64,000 nt of DNA from an uncultured Planctomycetota bacterium. GTDB taxonomy: Bacteria > Planctomycetota > Planctomycetia > Gemmatales > Gemmataceae. The notes beneath the pieces are model-generated. The model was given only the letters and a program-made list of their open reading frames with translations. It had not been told where the DNA came from and did not search any database. This document shows, piece after piece, positions 10,571 through 20,010 of this stretch; position 1 is the first letter of the stretch; each line of letters opens with the position of its first letter. The DNA lies in contig CAWKHF010000002.1 of the NCBI GenBank assembly GCA_963849325.1, positions 768,001 to 832,000 on the forward strand. The letters are read 5' to 3'. The position numbers and the translations under genes were made by a program.

Positions 10571-11197
10571 TCAGTACGGCCAGATGCGGTTGAGCGCGCG
10601 GCTGAGCCAATTTTGATTGCTGAAGTTCGTTTCCACGCCGCGGCCGAGGTACTGGATCTGGAAGTTCCCCACGAACGTCGAGGGAATGGTGTTGTCGAAA
10701 GCGATGTCGAGCGGGCGGATAACGCCGCTCATGCGCAGCGTGCGCACCTCGCGGGTGACGACGCGCTGGCGGAAGCCCTCGATCATGAGGTTGCCGTTGG
10801 GCTGCACGGCGACGACAGTACAGGTCACGGTGTCGGCGAAGGTCTGGTTGATGTTGTAGGCCGAGCTGCCCGTGAAGCCGCGGTTGAGGTTGGTATCGAC
10901 GCTAAGGTCCGAGTTGGCCGTGCGCGCCGCTCCCTGGCTGGTGCCGGTGATGTCGCCCTTGAGAGTGAGTCCGCCGCCGCCCGAGACGGTCTTGTTCAGG
11001 TTGCGCTGGTCCTTGTGCTCGATGCCGGTGTTTTCGACGATAACCACCGTCACGATGTCGCCGGGCCGGCGGGCGCGGGTATCCACGAACAGGAACGAGC
11101 TGAAGAAGTTGTGCCGCTGCCAGATCGAGTCGGCGCGACTGGCCGCCGGGGTCAACAGGCAGCCGGTCAGGCCCAGCCACAGGGTCAGACGGTTCAT
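10571..11197 (-). CDS. flgH: Flagellar L-ring protein
   Basis: LFVDTRARRPGDIVTVVIVE, VQPNGNLMIEG, SGVIRPLDI and WLSRALNRIWPY. Confidence 0.9.
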   Translation of the reverse strand: MNRLTLWLGLTGCLLTPAASRADSIWQRHNFFSSFLFVDTRARRPGDIVTVVIVENTGIEHKDQRNLNKTVSGGGGLTLKGDITGTSQGAARTANSDLSVDTNLNRGFTGSSAYNINQTFADTVTCTVVAVQPNGNLMIEGFRQRVVTREVRTLRMSGVIRPLDIAFDNTIPSTFVGNFQIQYLGRGVETNFSNQNWLSRALNRIWPY

Positions 11198-11208
11198 CGC
11201 GGTCCCTC

Positions 11209-12197
11209 TTAGTATTCCACCTCGACGGTCGAGCGGTCCACCACTCGGCCTGTCACGATGGCCTTGGAATCGGTGTTGCGCACCTGGATGAGCTGACCGG
11301 CCCGGCCATTCTGCATGGCCTCGCCGCGCGCCTTCACTTGCAGCGGGCCAACCCGGGCGAGCAGGTGTACCAGATCGTTTTGCTGGATCACGATGGCGGC
11401 TTGCGCCTCCGTCTCGACGTCGTCCGGTTCGAGCAGCCGTCCCGCGGCGACCGCGCGTCGGGCACGCCGACCCATCAGGCCGGCGGCCTCGACGGCGGCT
11501 CTCTGGGTGTTTTCCACCGGCACGCGCTCGACACGAACATTGTCCGCTCCGAACGTCTCGCCGGCCTCGATGCGGCGCAGCGCGACCGGCGCCGACTGCA
11601 GTCTTCTTCACATCGAAATACACCGGCAGGCCCATGCGTCGCGCACCGCGGACGTAAATGCCGACTTCGACCAGCACGCGGCCGGGCACGACCACGGGCG
11701 AGCGCAGCTCGGCTTCGAGATGGATGTCCTCGCCGTCGGCCGACAGCGGCGGCAGGCGCACCGGCTGGGCAAGTTGAACGACCACGTCTTCCGGCCGGCC
11801 GGGCAACTTCTGCTCCACCGCCTCCCGAGCCGTCGCGGCGATCTTGTCGTCCAGCGCTTCGCCGGCGGGCCGGCTGACGCGGACGAAGCGCGGCCCCTTC
11901 CAGACGGAAGGCGCGCTCGTCGAGTCCGGCGATTTTCAGGCGGAAGCCGACCTGCTGTTGCGACACGAGGATCGGCTGGCTCGACAGCGGCAGCTCGGTC
12001 AGATCCAGCCCGGCGATGCGCTCGCGCTGCTGCGCCTCGCCGCCTTCCAGACGGGCGATGTCGCCGACGCGGACCTGCGAGGCGGACACCGTCGCCGCCT
12101 CGCGGAGCGTGACGACCATCGGCTCGGCGGCGCGGACAGCGACGGCCATCGCCAACAGGGCAAACGGAACGAGGGCGGAACGAACAACGCGGCGCAT
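11209..12197 (-). CDS. flgA: P-ring assembly chaperone FlgA; several frameshifts
   Basis: Signal peptide, VRVGDIARLEG, and SAF/C-terminal GPLQVKARGEAMQNGRAGQLIQVRNTDSKAIVTGRV across several frames. Lies between flgG and flgH. Confidence 0.85.
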
Positions 12198-12203
12198 GGC
12201 GGA

Positions 12204-12990
12204 CTACCGGATGAGGTTGGTGGTGGAGGACAACATTTGGTCGGCGGTGGTGATGGCCTTGGTGTTGAACTCGTAGGCGCTGGGCGACGATCAGGTTGAC
12301 CATCTCGGCGACCACATCGACGTTGGAGCCTTCGAGGAAACCCTGGCGGATCAGGCCGGTGCCCTGCTGGCCGGGCTGGCTCGTGATCGGCTGGCCCGAG
12401 GACTGCGTTTGCGTATAGAGGTTGCGGCCCTCGTTGTTGAGTCCGGCCGGGTTCTGGAAGCGCACCAGGGTCATCTGGCCAACCTGCGTCGGCGCCGTGG
12501 CGTTGGGCGTGGTGACCGTCACGGTGCCGTCGGTGCCGATCGACACCGAGAGAGCGTTCTGCGGGATGGTCATCTGCGGCGACAACAAAAAGCCGTCCGA
12601 CGTCACCAGGTTGCCGTTGGAGTTCAAACTGAAGTTGCCGGCGCGAGTGTAGCAGAGCTGGCCGCTGGGCAGCGTCACCTGGAAGAAGCCGTCGCCGTCG
12701 ATGGCCACGTCGTAGGGGTTGGTCGTGTTGTTCAGCGTGCCGGCCGTGAAGACTTTTTGGTTGCCCGAGATGGTCACGCCGCTGCCCAGCTGCAAGCCGG
12801 TCGGCAGCGGCAAGCCCTGCGACGCCGTCGAGCCGGGCGTGCGCTCGGTCACGTAGATCAGGTCCTGGAACTGCGGCTGCATGCGCTTGAAGCCGGTCGT
12901 GTTGACGTTGGCGAGGTTGTTCGAGGTGGTGTCCACCATGGTCTGTTGGGCGTTCATCCCGGTGGCGCTGGTGAAGAGAGCCTTGATCAT
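12204..12990 (-). CDS. flgG: Flagellar distal rod protein; frameshift near 12280
   Basis: MIKALFTSATGMNAQQ..SNNLANVNTTGFK and LEGSNVDVVAEMVNLIVAQR, then AYEFNTKAITTADQML in another frame. Confidence 0.93.
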
Positions 12991-13015
12991 GACATGTCTC
13001 CGTTTCAAACTACCT

Positions 13016-13073
13016 ACCAGCCCGGAGCGCTAGCGACGGGTTGTTCCGCCCCGTCGCTGCGCTCCGGGCTGGT
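13016..13073. repeat. REP-like palindrome (family B relative)
   Basis: ACCAGCCCGGAGCGC..AGCGACGGG / CCCGTCGCT.GCGCTCCGGGCTGGT between flgF and flgG. Confidence 0.75.
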
Positions 13074-13076
13074 TAG

Positions 13077-13802
13077 CTACATCTGGGCGTTAATGCGCTG
13101 CTGCGCGGCGTCGGACAGCGAGCGCAGCGCCTTGGCCGCCGCCTCGTACTGCCTCATGCCCGCGATCATCTGGACCATCTCGTGTACCACCTGCACGTTG
13201 GAGCCTTCGCGATAGCCCTGGCGGATCGACGCGGTGGAGGTTCCCGGCTCGACTCCGCGAGGCGCCTCGAACAGCGTGGTGCCCGCGCGGGTGAGTTGGC
13301 TGGCATCGGCGAAGGACACGAGGCGAAGCTGGCCAATCTCGGTCTTGTCGGCCGACACCGTACCGTCCAGTCCGACGGTGATCTTCGCCGCATTGGCGGG
13401 GATGCGCAGCGGCCCATTGGCGCCGCGTACGGGAAGTCCACTGTGACTGACCAGCTCGCCCTGGCCGTCGATCTGGAACTGGCCGTTGCGCGTATACAGG
13501 GGACCGTTCGGCCCGTCGAGGACGAAGAAGCCCTCGCCCTGGATGGCCAACTCCAGCGGATTGCCGGTGTACTGGTGCTCGCCGGCGCTGAAGGTGGTGA
13601 AATGCTGCGAGGTCTTCGCCCCGTGCAGCGGCGGCGGGGCGGTGCCGCCGGATGGATCGGCGAAGGCGGCGAACGACTCGAAGGCAAGTCCCTCACGGCA
13701 GTAGCCGGGGACGTTGGCGTGGGCCAGGTTGGACGCGAGAACGTCCTGGTTCTGGAGGGCCGTCCGCATGGCGGTGGCCGCGCTGTAATAGCCCTGGATC
13801 AT
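13077..13802 (-). CDS. flgF: Flagellar basal-body rod protein
   Basis: SNLAHANVPGY, TGNPLELAIQGEGFF, YTRNGQF and EGSNVQVVHEMVQMI. First gene of the operon. Confidence 0.85.
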   Translation of the reverse strand: MIQGYYSAATAMRTALQNQDVLASNLAHANVPGYCREGLAFESFAAFADPSGGTAPPPLHGAKTSQHFTTFSAGEHQYTGNPLELAIQGEGFFVLDGPNGPLYTRNGQFQIDGQGELVSHSGLPVRGANGPLRIPANAAKITVGLDGTVSADKTEIGQLRLVSFADASQLTRAGTTLFEAPRGVEPGTSTASIRQGYREGSNVQVVHEMVQMIAGMRQYEAAAKALRSLSDAAQQRINAQM

Positions 13803-14037
13803 CGTCGCCTCACTCGGCCGCGTCGTGCCGGTTGTACGGGTCACTCCTGTTATCGGAACAAGTCACGGGCGGCGAATAGGAGCAAGGACAACATCTATGC
13901 CGAAGGTGCGGTAAAGGAGGGGGACTGTGCCGGCGTTCGGCCGAGAACGTCGATTCGACGCCGTGCCGAGAGAAGGGGGAAAGCGGATCGGGGAGAGAAA
14001 ATTGCTCAAAATACGCGAGTTTCCAGGGAATATACGA

Positions 14038-14066
14038 TTGACATTCTTGTCCAGGCTTTCTACGCT
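14038..14066 (+). promoter_or_regulatory. sigma70-type promoter of the HU gene
   Basis: TTGACA-N17-TACGCT. Confidence 0.7.
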
Positions 14067-14119
14067 CCCACTTATTGCGTAGTGTTCCCCGTCCCGAACC
14101 GAGTTTTGCGAGGAAATCG

Positions 14120-14448
14120 ATGGCCGACAACAGCGCATCCAAGAACAAGGCGATGACGAAGTCCGCGGTCTACCAGGAGATCGCCGACAGCACGGAACTG
14201 TCGCGGAAACAGGTGGCGGAGGTCTTCGACGCCCTGTCGAAGATCATCAAGCGGGAACTGGGCAAGAAGGGCCCGGCGCCTTCACGCTGCCGGGCATGGC
14301 GAAGTTGAAGCTGGTGCGCAAGCCGGCGACCAAGGCACGGCAAGGCATCAACCCCTTCACCAAGCAGCCGCAGATGTTCAAGGCCAAGCCGGCCCGCAAC
14401 ACCGTACGCATTCGGCCCCTGAAGACCCTCACCGAGATGGTCAAGTAG
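14120..14448 (+). CDS. HU/IHF-family DNA-binding protein; frameshift near 14275
   Basis: MTKSAVYQEIADSTELSRKQVAEVFDAL, then FTLPGMAKLKLVRKPATKARQGINPFTKQP..FKAKPAR, TAG at 14446-14448. Confidence 0.88.
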
Positions 14449-14487
14449 GACGTCGCCGGGCTAACTCGTCCTCCCCGCCGCTTGCGG

Positions 14488-14530
14488 CCCCTCACTTCAA
14501 ACCCCTCTCCCCCGCAGCGGGGGAGAGGGG
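14488..14530. repeat. REP-like element, family C (CCCCTCTCCCCCGC..CGGGGGAGAGGGG)
   Basis: Single copy here; inverted doublet at 18955-19053. Confidence 0.8.
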
Positions 14531-14646
14531 AACTTGCGGAAAAGCCTCTCCTCCGCCCGCCGTTCCGGCGCGGACTGGTCTCCGAAACGCCGGCTCGGTA
14601 TGCTGGACGTACTGATGAATCCCACGGATCGGGAGTCCGCATCCGC

Positions 14647-15423
14647 GTGAACAAGCGTCCGAGCAAAACCGACCGTGCTGCCCGGAGGAAGGTAGCCTTG
14701 CCCTCCGCCGAATCCATCCCCGAGACGGCCGCACCCCCCGCGCCTCCTCCCGCCGAGACGACTCCGCTCGCCAACGGAGAAGAGGAAACGTCGCTGGCGC
14801 GGATGGCCGACGACGGTGCGCCGACCGCTTCTCTCTCCTCCCCCGACCTGCGGACGGACCCTGTCGCCGCCCCGGTAGCGATCCCGGCCGCGGACGCCCT
14901 GTTGCCGCTGGAGGTACGCATTCGCCGACTGGAAGAGGCGTTGGCTCAACTGCAGCCCCCGCGCGGCGGCGATTCGCGTATCGTCCCTCAACCCGCGGGA
15001 CCAGGTCAGCCGACCGCCACAACGACTGCGCTGCTCGACGTGGGCAAGCGTCTGCTGGGGGCGGCAACTCACGCCGTCACGGCTGCGCCGGCCCCGTCTC
15101 CCGTCTCCCCGCCGTCATCGGTAGGCGGCCGCGCTTTATGGTTTTTGTGGGACGCCTGGGCCGAGGCGCGGGCCATTGTCCGCCTCTTCGTCGATCCGCG
15201 CTATCACTTGCCCTGGTCGGCCCGCATTCCGCCGTTGCTGCTGCTGGCCGCCATCCTTACCTCGTATTACTGGGTGCCGGGCACGACCATCCCCGTGCTC
15301 GGCTCGTGGATCAACAAGATGGTCGATCTGTTGCTGGCCTTTCTGCTCTTCAAATGGCTGGGTCACGAGGCGCGGCGCTATCGGCAAACGTCGCCGGACT
15401 TGCCGCCGGGCTTGCGTCTCTGA
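14647..15423 (+). CDS. Hypothetical membrane protein (disordered N-terminus, short coiled coil, two C-terminal TM segments)
   Basis: [15 protein letters not shown] and [13 protein letters not shown]..two hydrophobic segments..HEARRYR. Start uncertain. Confidence 0.65.
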   Translation: MNKRPSKTDRAARRKVALPSAESIPETAAPPAPPPAETTPLANGEEETSLARMADDGAPTASLSSPDLRTDPVAAPVAIPAADALLPLEVRIRRLEEALAQLQPPRGGDSRIVPQPAGPGQPTATTTALLDVGKRLLGAATHAVTAAPAPSPVSPPSSVGGRALWFLWDAWAEARAIVRLFVDPRYHLPWSARIPPLLLLAAILTSYYWVPGTTIPVLGSWINKMVDLLLAFLLFKWLGHEARRYRQTSPDLPPGLRL

Positions 15424-15463
15424 TAGGCTGGCCGCGACGAACATCCGCGAAGGAGGGACGGTC

Positions 15464-16192
15464 ATGATTCGGCTGGGCGTCAACCTCGATCACGTGGCCA
15501 CGGTACGGCAGGCGCGGCGGGCGGCGGAGCCGGACCCGTTGGCGGCGGCGGTGCTGGCCCTGCTCGGCGGCGCCGACGGCATCACCGTCCATCTTCGCGA
15601 AGACCGCCGTCACATTCAGGACCGCGACCTGCGCGCCCTGCGGCCGATCGTGACCAACCGCCTCAACCTGGAGATGGCCGCCGTAGACGCCCTCGCCGAC
15701 ATCGCCGACGAGGTCAAGCCCGACGAGGCCACGCTGGTGCCGGAGAAGCGCGAGGAGCTGACCACCGAGGGCGGACTCGACGTTATCGCCCACGAAAAGG
15801 CGGTGGCGCGCGTCGTCAAGCGTCTGCACGCGGCCGGCATCGAAGTGTCGCTGTTCCTCGACCCCGACCCGCGGCAGATCGAGATCGGGCGCGTCCTCGG
15901 CGTCCAGGCCGTCGAGATTCAGACGGCGCGCTACTCCGAGGCGCGGACGCCGGCGGATCGACGGCGCGAGCTGGATGCACTGCGCGAGGCCGCCGAGTTC
16001 GCCCGCGAACGCGGCCTGCACGTCCACATGGGACACGGCCTGAACTATCACAACGTCCAGGCGGTAACGATGATCCCCGGCGTTGAGGAGCTGAACATCG
16101 GTCACAGCATCGTCGCGCGGGCCATGCTGGTGGGCATGGAATGCGCCGTCCGCGACATGAAAGAAGCGATTCAACGCTGTCACCGAGCCTGA
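15464..16192 (+). CDS. pdxJ: Pyridoxine 5'-phosphate synthase
   Basis: [48 protein letters not shown] and ELNIGHSI. Confidence 0.96.
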   Translation: MIRLGVNLDHVATVRQARRAAEPDPLAAAVLALLGGADGITVHLREDRRHIQDRDLRALRPIVTNRLNLEMAAVDALADIADEVKPDEATLVPEKREELTTEGGLDVIAHEKAVARVVKRLHAAGIEVSLFLDPDPRQIEIGRVLGVQAVEIQTARYSEARTPADRRRELDALREAAEFARERGLHVHMGHGLNYHNVQAVTMIPGVEELNIGHSIVARAMLVGMECAVRDMKEAIQRCHRA

Positions 16193-16273
16193 AGCGTAAG
16201 CGAAGGAACCTATCGCAGAGCCCGCAGCGTAAGCGAGGGACTTTCTTTCCCTCGCTTACGCTGCGGGCTCCGA
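16184..16273. repeat. REP-like cluster, family B (three units)
   Basis: GAGCCTGAAGCGTAAGCGA, GAGCCCGCAGCGTAAGCGA and inverted TCGCTTACGCTGCGGGCTC. Confidence 0.8.
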
Positions 16274-16319
16274 GGAACCTGCAAGCAGCCCTCGTAATCT
16301 TGTCCCAGAGGTACTCACG

Positions 16320-17155
16320 ATGACACGTCCCTCGATTTCGCGCCGCGTCTGTTTCGCCGTGGTGCTGGCGCTGTCTGCCGCCCCCGTCGCCAGGAGTCAG
16401 CAATCCGACACACCGGAGCGACGCGCCTCCCTCACCGTCCTCGTTCACGAGAGCGCAAGCTGACGGTCGATGGCGCGCCGACTCGGTCCACGGGCGCGAG
16501 GCGCCGCTTCTACTCGCCGCCGCTGGAGCCGAGCAAAAACTATCACTACACCTTCATCGCCGAGTGGATGCCCGACAACAACTACGAGACCTACATCGTC
16601 ACGCGCACGGTCAAGGTCCAGGCCGGCAAGAGCGTCGAAGTGGACATGCGCAAGATGGACCCCAAGCAGGGCGACAAGCTCTTCATCCGCTTCGTCCCCA
16701 CGCCGGATGACGTGGTGGAGGCCATGATGAAGTTGGCCAGCGTCGGCAAGGACGACGTGGTTTACGACCTCGGTTGCGGCGACGGCGTCATCGTTATTTC
16801 GGCCGTCAAGAAGTTCCACGCCAAGCGCGGCGTCGGCGTCGATCTCGATAACAAGCGCCTCCAGGAGGCGAAAGAAAATGCCAAACGGGCCGGCGTCCAG
16901 GACAAGGTCGAGTTCCGGAAGAGGGATGTGCTGAAGGTCGAGGGACTGTCCGAGGCCACGGTCGTCGCCCTGTACCTGTCGGACGACCTGAACCTGCTGC
17001 TGCGACCACTCCTGCAGAAGCAGCTCAAGCCCGGCACGCGCATCGTGTCGCATCGCTTCACGATGGGCGACTGGAAGCCGGACAAAACCGAGACCATTGA
17101 GGGCGCCGATGGCGACACCTACGAGATCCATTTGTGGAAGATCAAGGAGAAATAA
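16320..17155 (+). CDS. Signal peptide + TIGR03000 planctomycete domain + class I SAM methyltransferase; frameshift near 16457
   Basis: LTVLV..AKLTVDGAPTRSTGARRRFYSPPLEP..YHYTF.AEW, then FVPTPDDVV, VYDLGCGDG and LKPGTRIVSH. Confidence 0.82.
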
Positions 17156-17161
17156 CGAGTG

Positions 17162-17227
17162 GTTTAGCCGCGACGCGCAGCGGAGCGCGGGGAGACTCCC
17201 GCGCTCCGCTGCGCGTCGCGGCTAAAC
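17162..17227. repeat. REP-like element, family A (perfect long palindrome)
   Basis: GTTTAGCCGCGACGCGCAGCGGAGCGCGGG / CCCGCGCTCCGCTGCGCGTCGCGGCTAAAC between convergent genes. Confidence 0.88.
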
Positions 17228-17238
17228 GAAGATTGCGC

Positions 17239-17418
17239 TCATTTGCGTCCCGCTTGCTGCAGGAAGTAGCCCGCACCGAAGACGATGATGCCGATCGCGG
17301 ATAGGGTCAGCGACTCGCGCAGGTCCAACCGCCGTTCCGGCGACAGGTTGCCGGCGATGGCCAAGGGCAGCAGGATCAACCCGACGATCTGGAGTAAGCG
17401 GCTGAGTTTATACAGCAT
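17239..17418 (-). CDS. Small two-TM membrane protein (59 aa)
   Basis: MLYKLSRLLQIVGLILLPLAIAGNLSPERRLDLRESLTLSAIGIIVFGAGYFLQQAGRK*, below the ORF-track cutoff. Confidence 0.7.
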   Translation of the reverse strand: MLYKLSRLLQIVGLILLPLAIAGNLSPERRLDLRESLTLSAIGIIVFGAGYFLQQAGRK

Positions 17419-17564
17419 GTCCGTCTATCCGCGGCGTCCGCTTCCCGAATCCGAGAAATCCCGCCCCGGCCTTTCTCGAAACTGCGACGCCGGCAGTCCC
17501 CCGAACTACGCCTCATTCTATAACTCCTCGGCCGAATCGCCTGAGCGTGTCCGGCTCGCGTCCT

Positions 17565-17580
17565 CGGCACACGAATTGCT
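17565..17580 (+). promoter_or_regulatory. Candidate sigma54 (-24/-12) promoter upstream of the oxidase cluster
   Basis: CGGCAC-ACGAA-TTGCT with exact GG-N10-GC spacing. A TTGACA at 17628-17633 suggests a second promoter. Confidence 0.55.
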
Positions 17581-17698
17581 TGGAATCGCCAATTCCCACG
17601 ATGATCGGCTGCTTCCCGTGAAGGTGCTTGACATCGTTTTGCCGGCCGCTACAAAACTGTTGTTCCGCCAACGCCCGTCCCATGGGGAGGCCATACGA

Positions 17699-18947
17699 GT
17701 GAGGTCTGCCTTGTCTTCAATCGGAATCGTGCGCGGCATCGTCCTTGCTCTGCCGTGTCTGGCCCTGCTCGTGTCGGGTTGCGATCTGGAGCCTTATCCC
17801 GCCGATTTGCAGTATCCGCTGCGCACCGACCCGATCGTCGTCGAGGCGCCGACCTCGACGACTCCGTGGGACACGACGCATCCGGGCCAGATGGATGCCA
17901 ACGTCGCCCGCATTGGCGGCGGCGAACTCGGCGGCAAGGCGGTCGATCCTCGCAAGCTGGACGGCAAGGACCGACAAGCCCTCGACACGGCCCTCCGCGC
18001 CGTCTTCGGCACGCCCGCCCGGCCGACCGTGAAAGCAGAAGATGCCGACGTGCAAAAACAGGCGATGGATCTGCGACTCGATGAAAAAACCTTGGAGAAG
18101 GGCAGCGTGGTCTATCGTCGCCATTGCATGCACTGCCACGGTGTCACCGGCGATGGCCGCGGTCCAACGGGTCCGTGGATCAACCCGCACCCGCGCGATT
18201 ACCGGCAGGGCTTGTTCAAGTTCATCTCAACGGATGTCTCCGTCTCCGGCGCAAGCCGCGCCGCCAGGACATCCGCCGCACGCTGGAGCACGGCATTGAG
18301 GGCACCTCCATGCCGTCGTTCAGCTTGCTGCTGGAGGAGGAGAAGGAGCAACTTATCAGCTACGTCATCCATCTCAGCCTTCGCGGCGAGGTGGAGCTGA
18401 ACACCATGAAAGCCCTTCTCAACAAGGAAGACCTCGGCGGCAGCATCAGCGAGAAGGTGCAGAGCGACCTCGGAACTTTCCTGGGTTACTGGGCGGAATC
18501 GGACGGCAAGGTGCTGGATCCGGCGCCTACCTTCGTGATCTCAACGACAGAGATCAGCTGCGCCGCTCGATCCGCCGCGGTTACGAACTGTTCACCGACA
18601 TGAAGGGTGAGGCCAGTTGCATCGCCTGCCACGTGGATTTCGGCCGGCAGGTGCCTTTCCGCTACGACGACTGGGGCACGCTCGTTCGTCCGGCGAACCT
18701 GACGGCCGGCGTCTATCGCGGCGGTCGGCGGCCGATCGACCTGTACTGGCGCATCCGCGGCGGCATTCGGCCGTCCGGCATGCCCGGCGCTCAGCTCCGC
18801 ATCGACAGGGACCAAAGAATCGACGAGTTCTGGGACGTGGTCAACTTCGTGCAAGCCCTGCCATATCCACAGATGTTGCCCGAAGACATCCGCGATCGGA
18901 TTTATCCGCGTGCGGAGAAGCCGGCCCCGACGCACGCCGCGAGGTGA
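17699..18947 (+). CDS. Diheme cytochrome c lipoprotein; frameshifts near 18253 and 18530-18600
   Basis: Lipobox LVSG-C, CMHCH..GDGRGP..PHPRDYRQGLFKF, GIEGTSMPSF, then CIACH..PANLTAGVYRGG..GIRPSGMP. Confidence 0.85.
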
Positions 18948-18954
18948 GCGTACA

Positions 18955-19053
18955 CTCCCCTCTCCCCCGCTTCGGGGGAGAGGGGTAGGGGGTGAGGGGG
19001 AGGAGTTGCCCCTCACCCCCTACCCCTCTCCCCCGAAGCGGGGGAGAGGGGAG
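18955..19053. repeat. REP-like inverted doublet, family C
   Basis: CTCCCCTCTCCCCCGCTTCGGGGGAGAGGGGTAGGGGGTGAGGGG and its exact reverse complement. Confidence 0.9.
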
Positions 19054-19083
19054 AAAGAAGGTAGTTCATACAGGAGTGATTCC

Positions 19084-19956
19084 GTGCAGCAAAAAGGGTG
19101 GGGTATCTTCTTCGGGGTCGTCCTGCTGGGCACGTTCTTGCTGTGCGCCGTGGCCCCCTTCGTGGGCTGGTGGCTGCCGGCCAACGTCGCCAGCTACGGC
19201 GGCGAGGTGGACTACCTCTATTACGTCATCCTCGGCTTCACCACCTTCTTCTTCGTGCTGACCGAGGCGCTTCTCGTTTGGGCCATGTATCGCTACGCCT
19301 GGCGGCCCAACACCAAGTCGGCCTACGTCGAGGGCAACCACCGCCTGGAACTACTCTGGACCATCGTGCCGGCCGGTATCCTCCTGTTCATCGCCTTCGC
19401 CCAGATCAATGCCTGGGAGAAGATCAAGTATCAAGCGCGCATGCCGGAGCCGGACCAGATCCTGCAGGTGACCGCCCGCCAGTGGGACTGGACCCTGCGC
19501 TACTCGACCGACGCCAAGCGGAGCGACGTCGAGGCGCGTCACTGGGCCGAGACGCCGGAGGCGGACGACATCTATCTGCCCGACGAGTTGCACTGCTGGA
19601 AGGGCGGCAACGTCAAGATGTATCTCAAAACGCAGGACGTGCTGCACAGTTTCTTTTTGCCGAACCTGCGTCTGAAGCAGGACGCCCTGCCCGGCAAGAC
19701 GATCCCGATGTGGTTCAACGCCACCGACTTCAACACGCGCTTCGACGAAGCGACCGGCAACTGCGTCCTGACCGACAAGAGCAAGGAATGGGAGATCGCC
19801 TGCGCCGAACTGTGCGGCGGCGGCCATTACCGCATGCGCGGCTTGCTATACGTCCACGAGAGCAAGGACGATTACTTGAAGTGGCTCGAACACGCCCAGA
19901 AGGCGGCTCGAAGCCGCCAGCCCGAACCGCAAGCAACCCCGGTCGCCGCCCAGTAG
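19084..19956 (+). CDS. coxB: Cytochrome c oxidase subunit II
   Basis: LELLWTIVP, QWDW, and CuA ligands DVLHSF and CAELCGGGHYRM. GTG start after CAGGAG. Confidence 0.93.
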   Translation: MQQKGWGIFFGVVLLGTFLLCAVAPFVGWWLPANVASYGGEVDYLYYVILGFTTFFFVLTEALLVWAMYRYAWRPNTKSAYVEGNHRLELLWTIVPAGILLFIAFAQINAWEKIKYQARMPEPDQILQVTARQWDWTLRYSTDAKRSDVEARHWAETPEADDIYLPDELHCWKGGNVKMYLKTQDVLHSFFLPNLRLKQDALPGKTIPMWFNATDFNTRFDEATGNCVLTDKSKEWEIACAELCGGGHYRMRGLLYVHESKDDYLKWLEHAQKAARSRQPEPQATPVAAQ

Positions 19957-20010
19957 GCATACGAATGCCGCTTGCAGCATCGCCGCAAGCGGCCGGAAGT
20001 GAGGATTGAA

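Noticed and set aside
13850-13880. sigma28 promoter upstream of flgF
   Set aside because: The minus strand has a good -10 (TCCGATAA) but no TAAA-like -35 at the right spacing; too weak to call.
16461-16463. In-frame TGA in the TIGR03000-methyltransferase gene as selenocysteine
   Set aside because: The domain continues in a different frame (AAG CTG ACG, KLTVDG), so this is an indel and not read-through; there is no Cys context.
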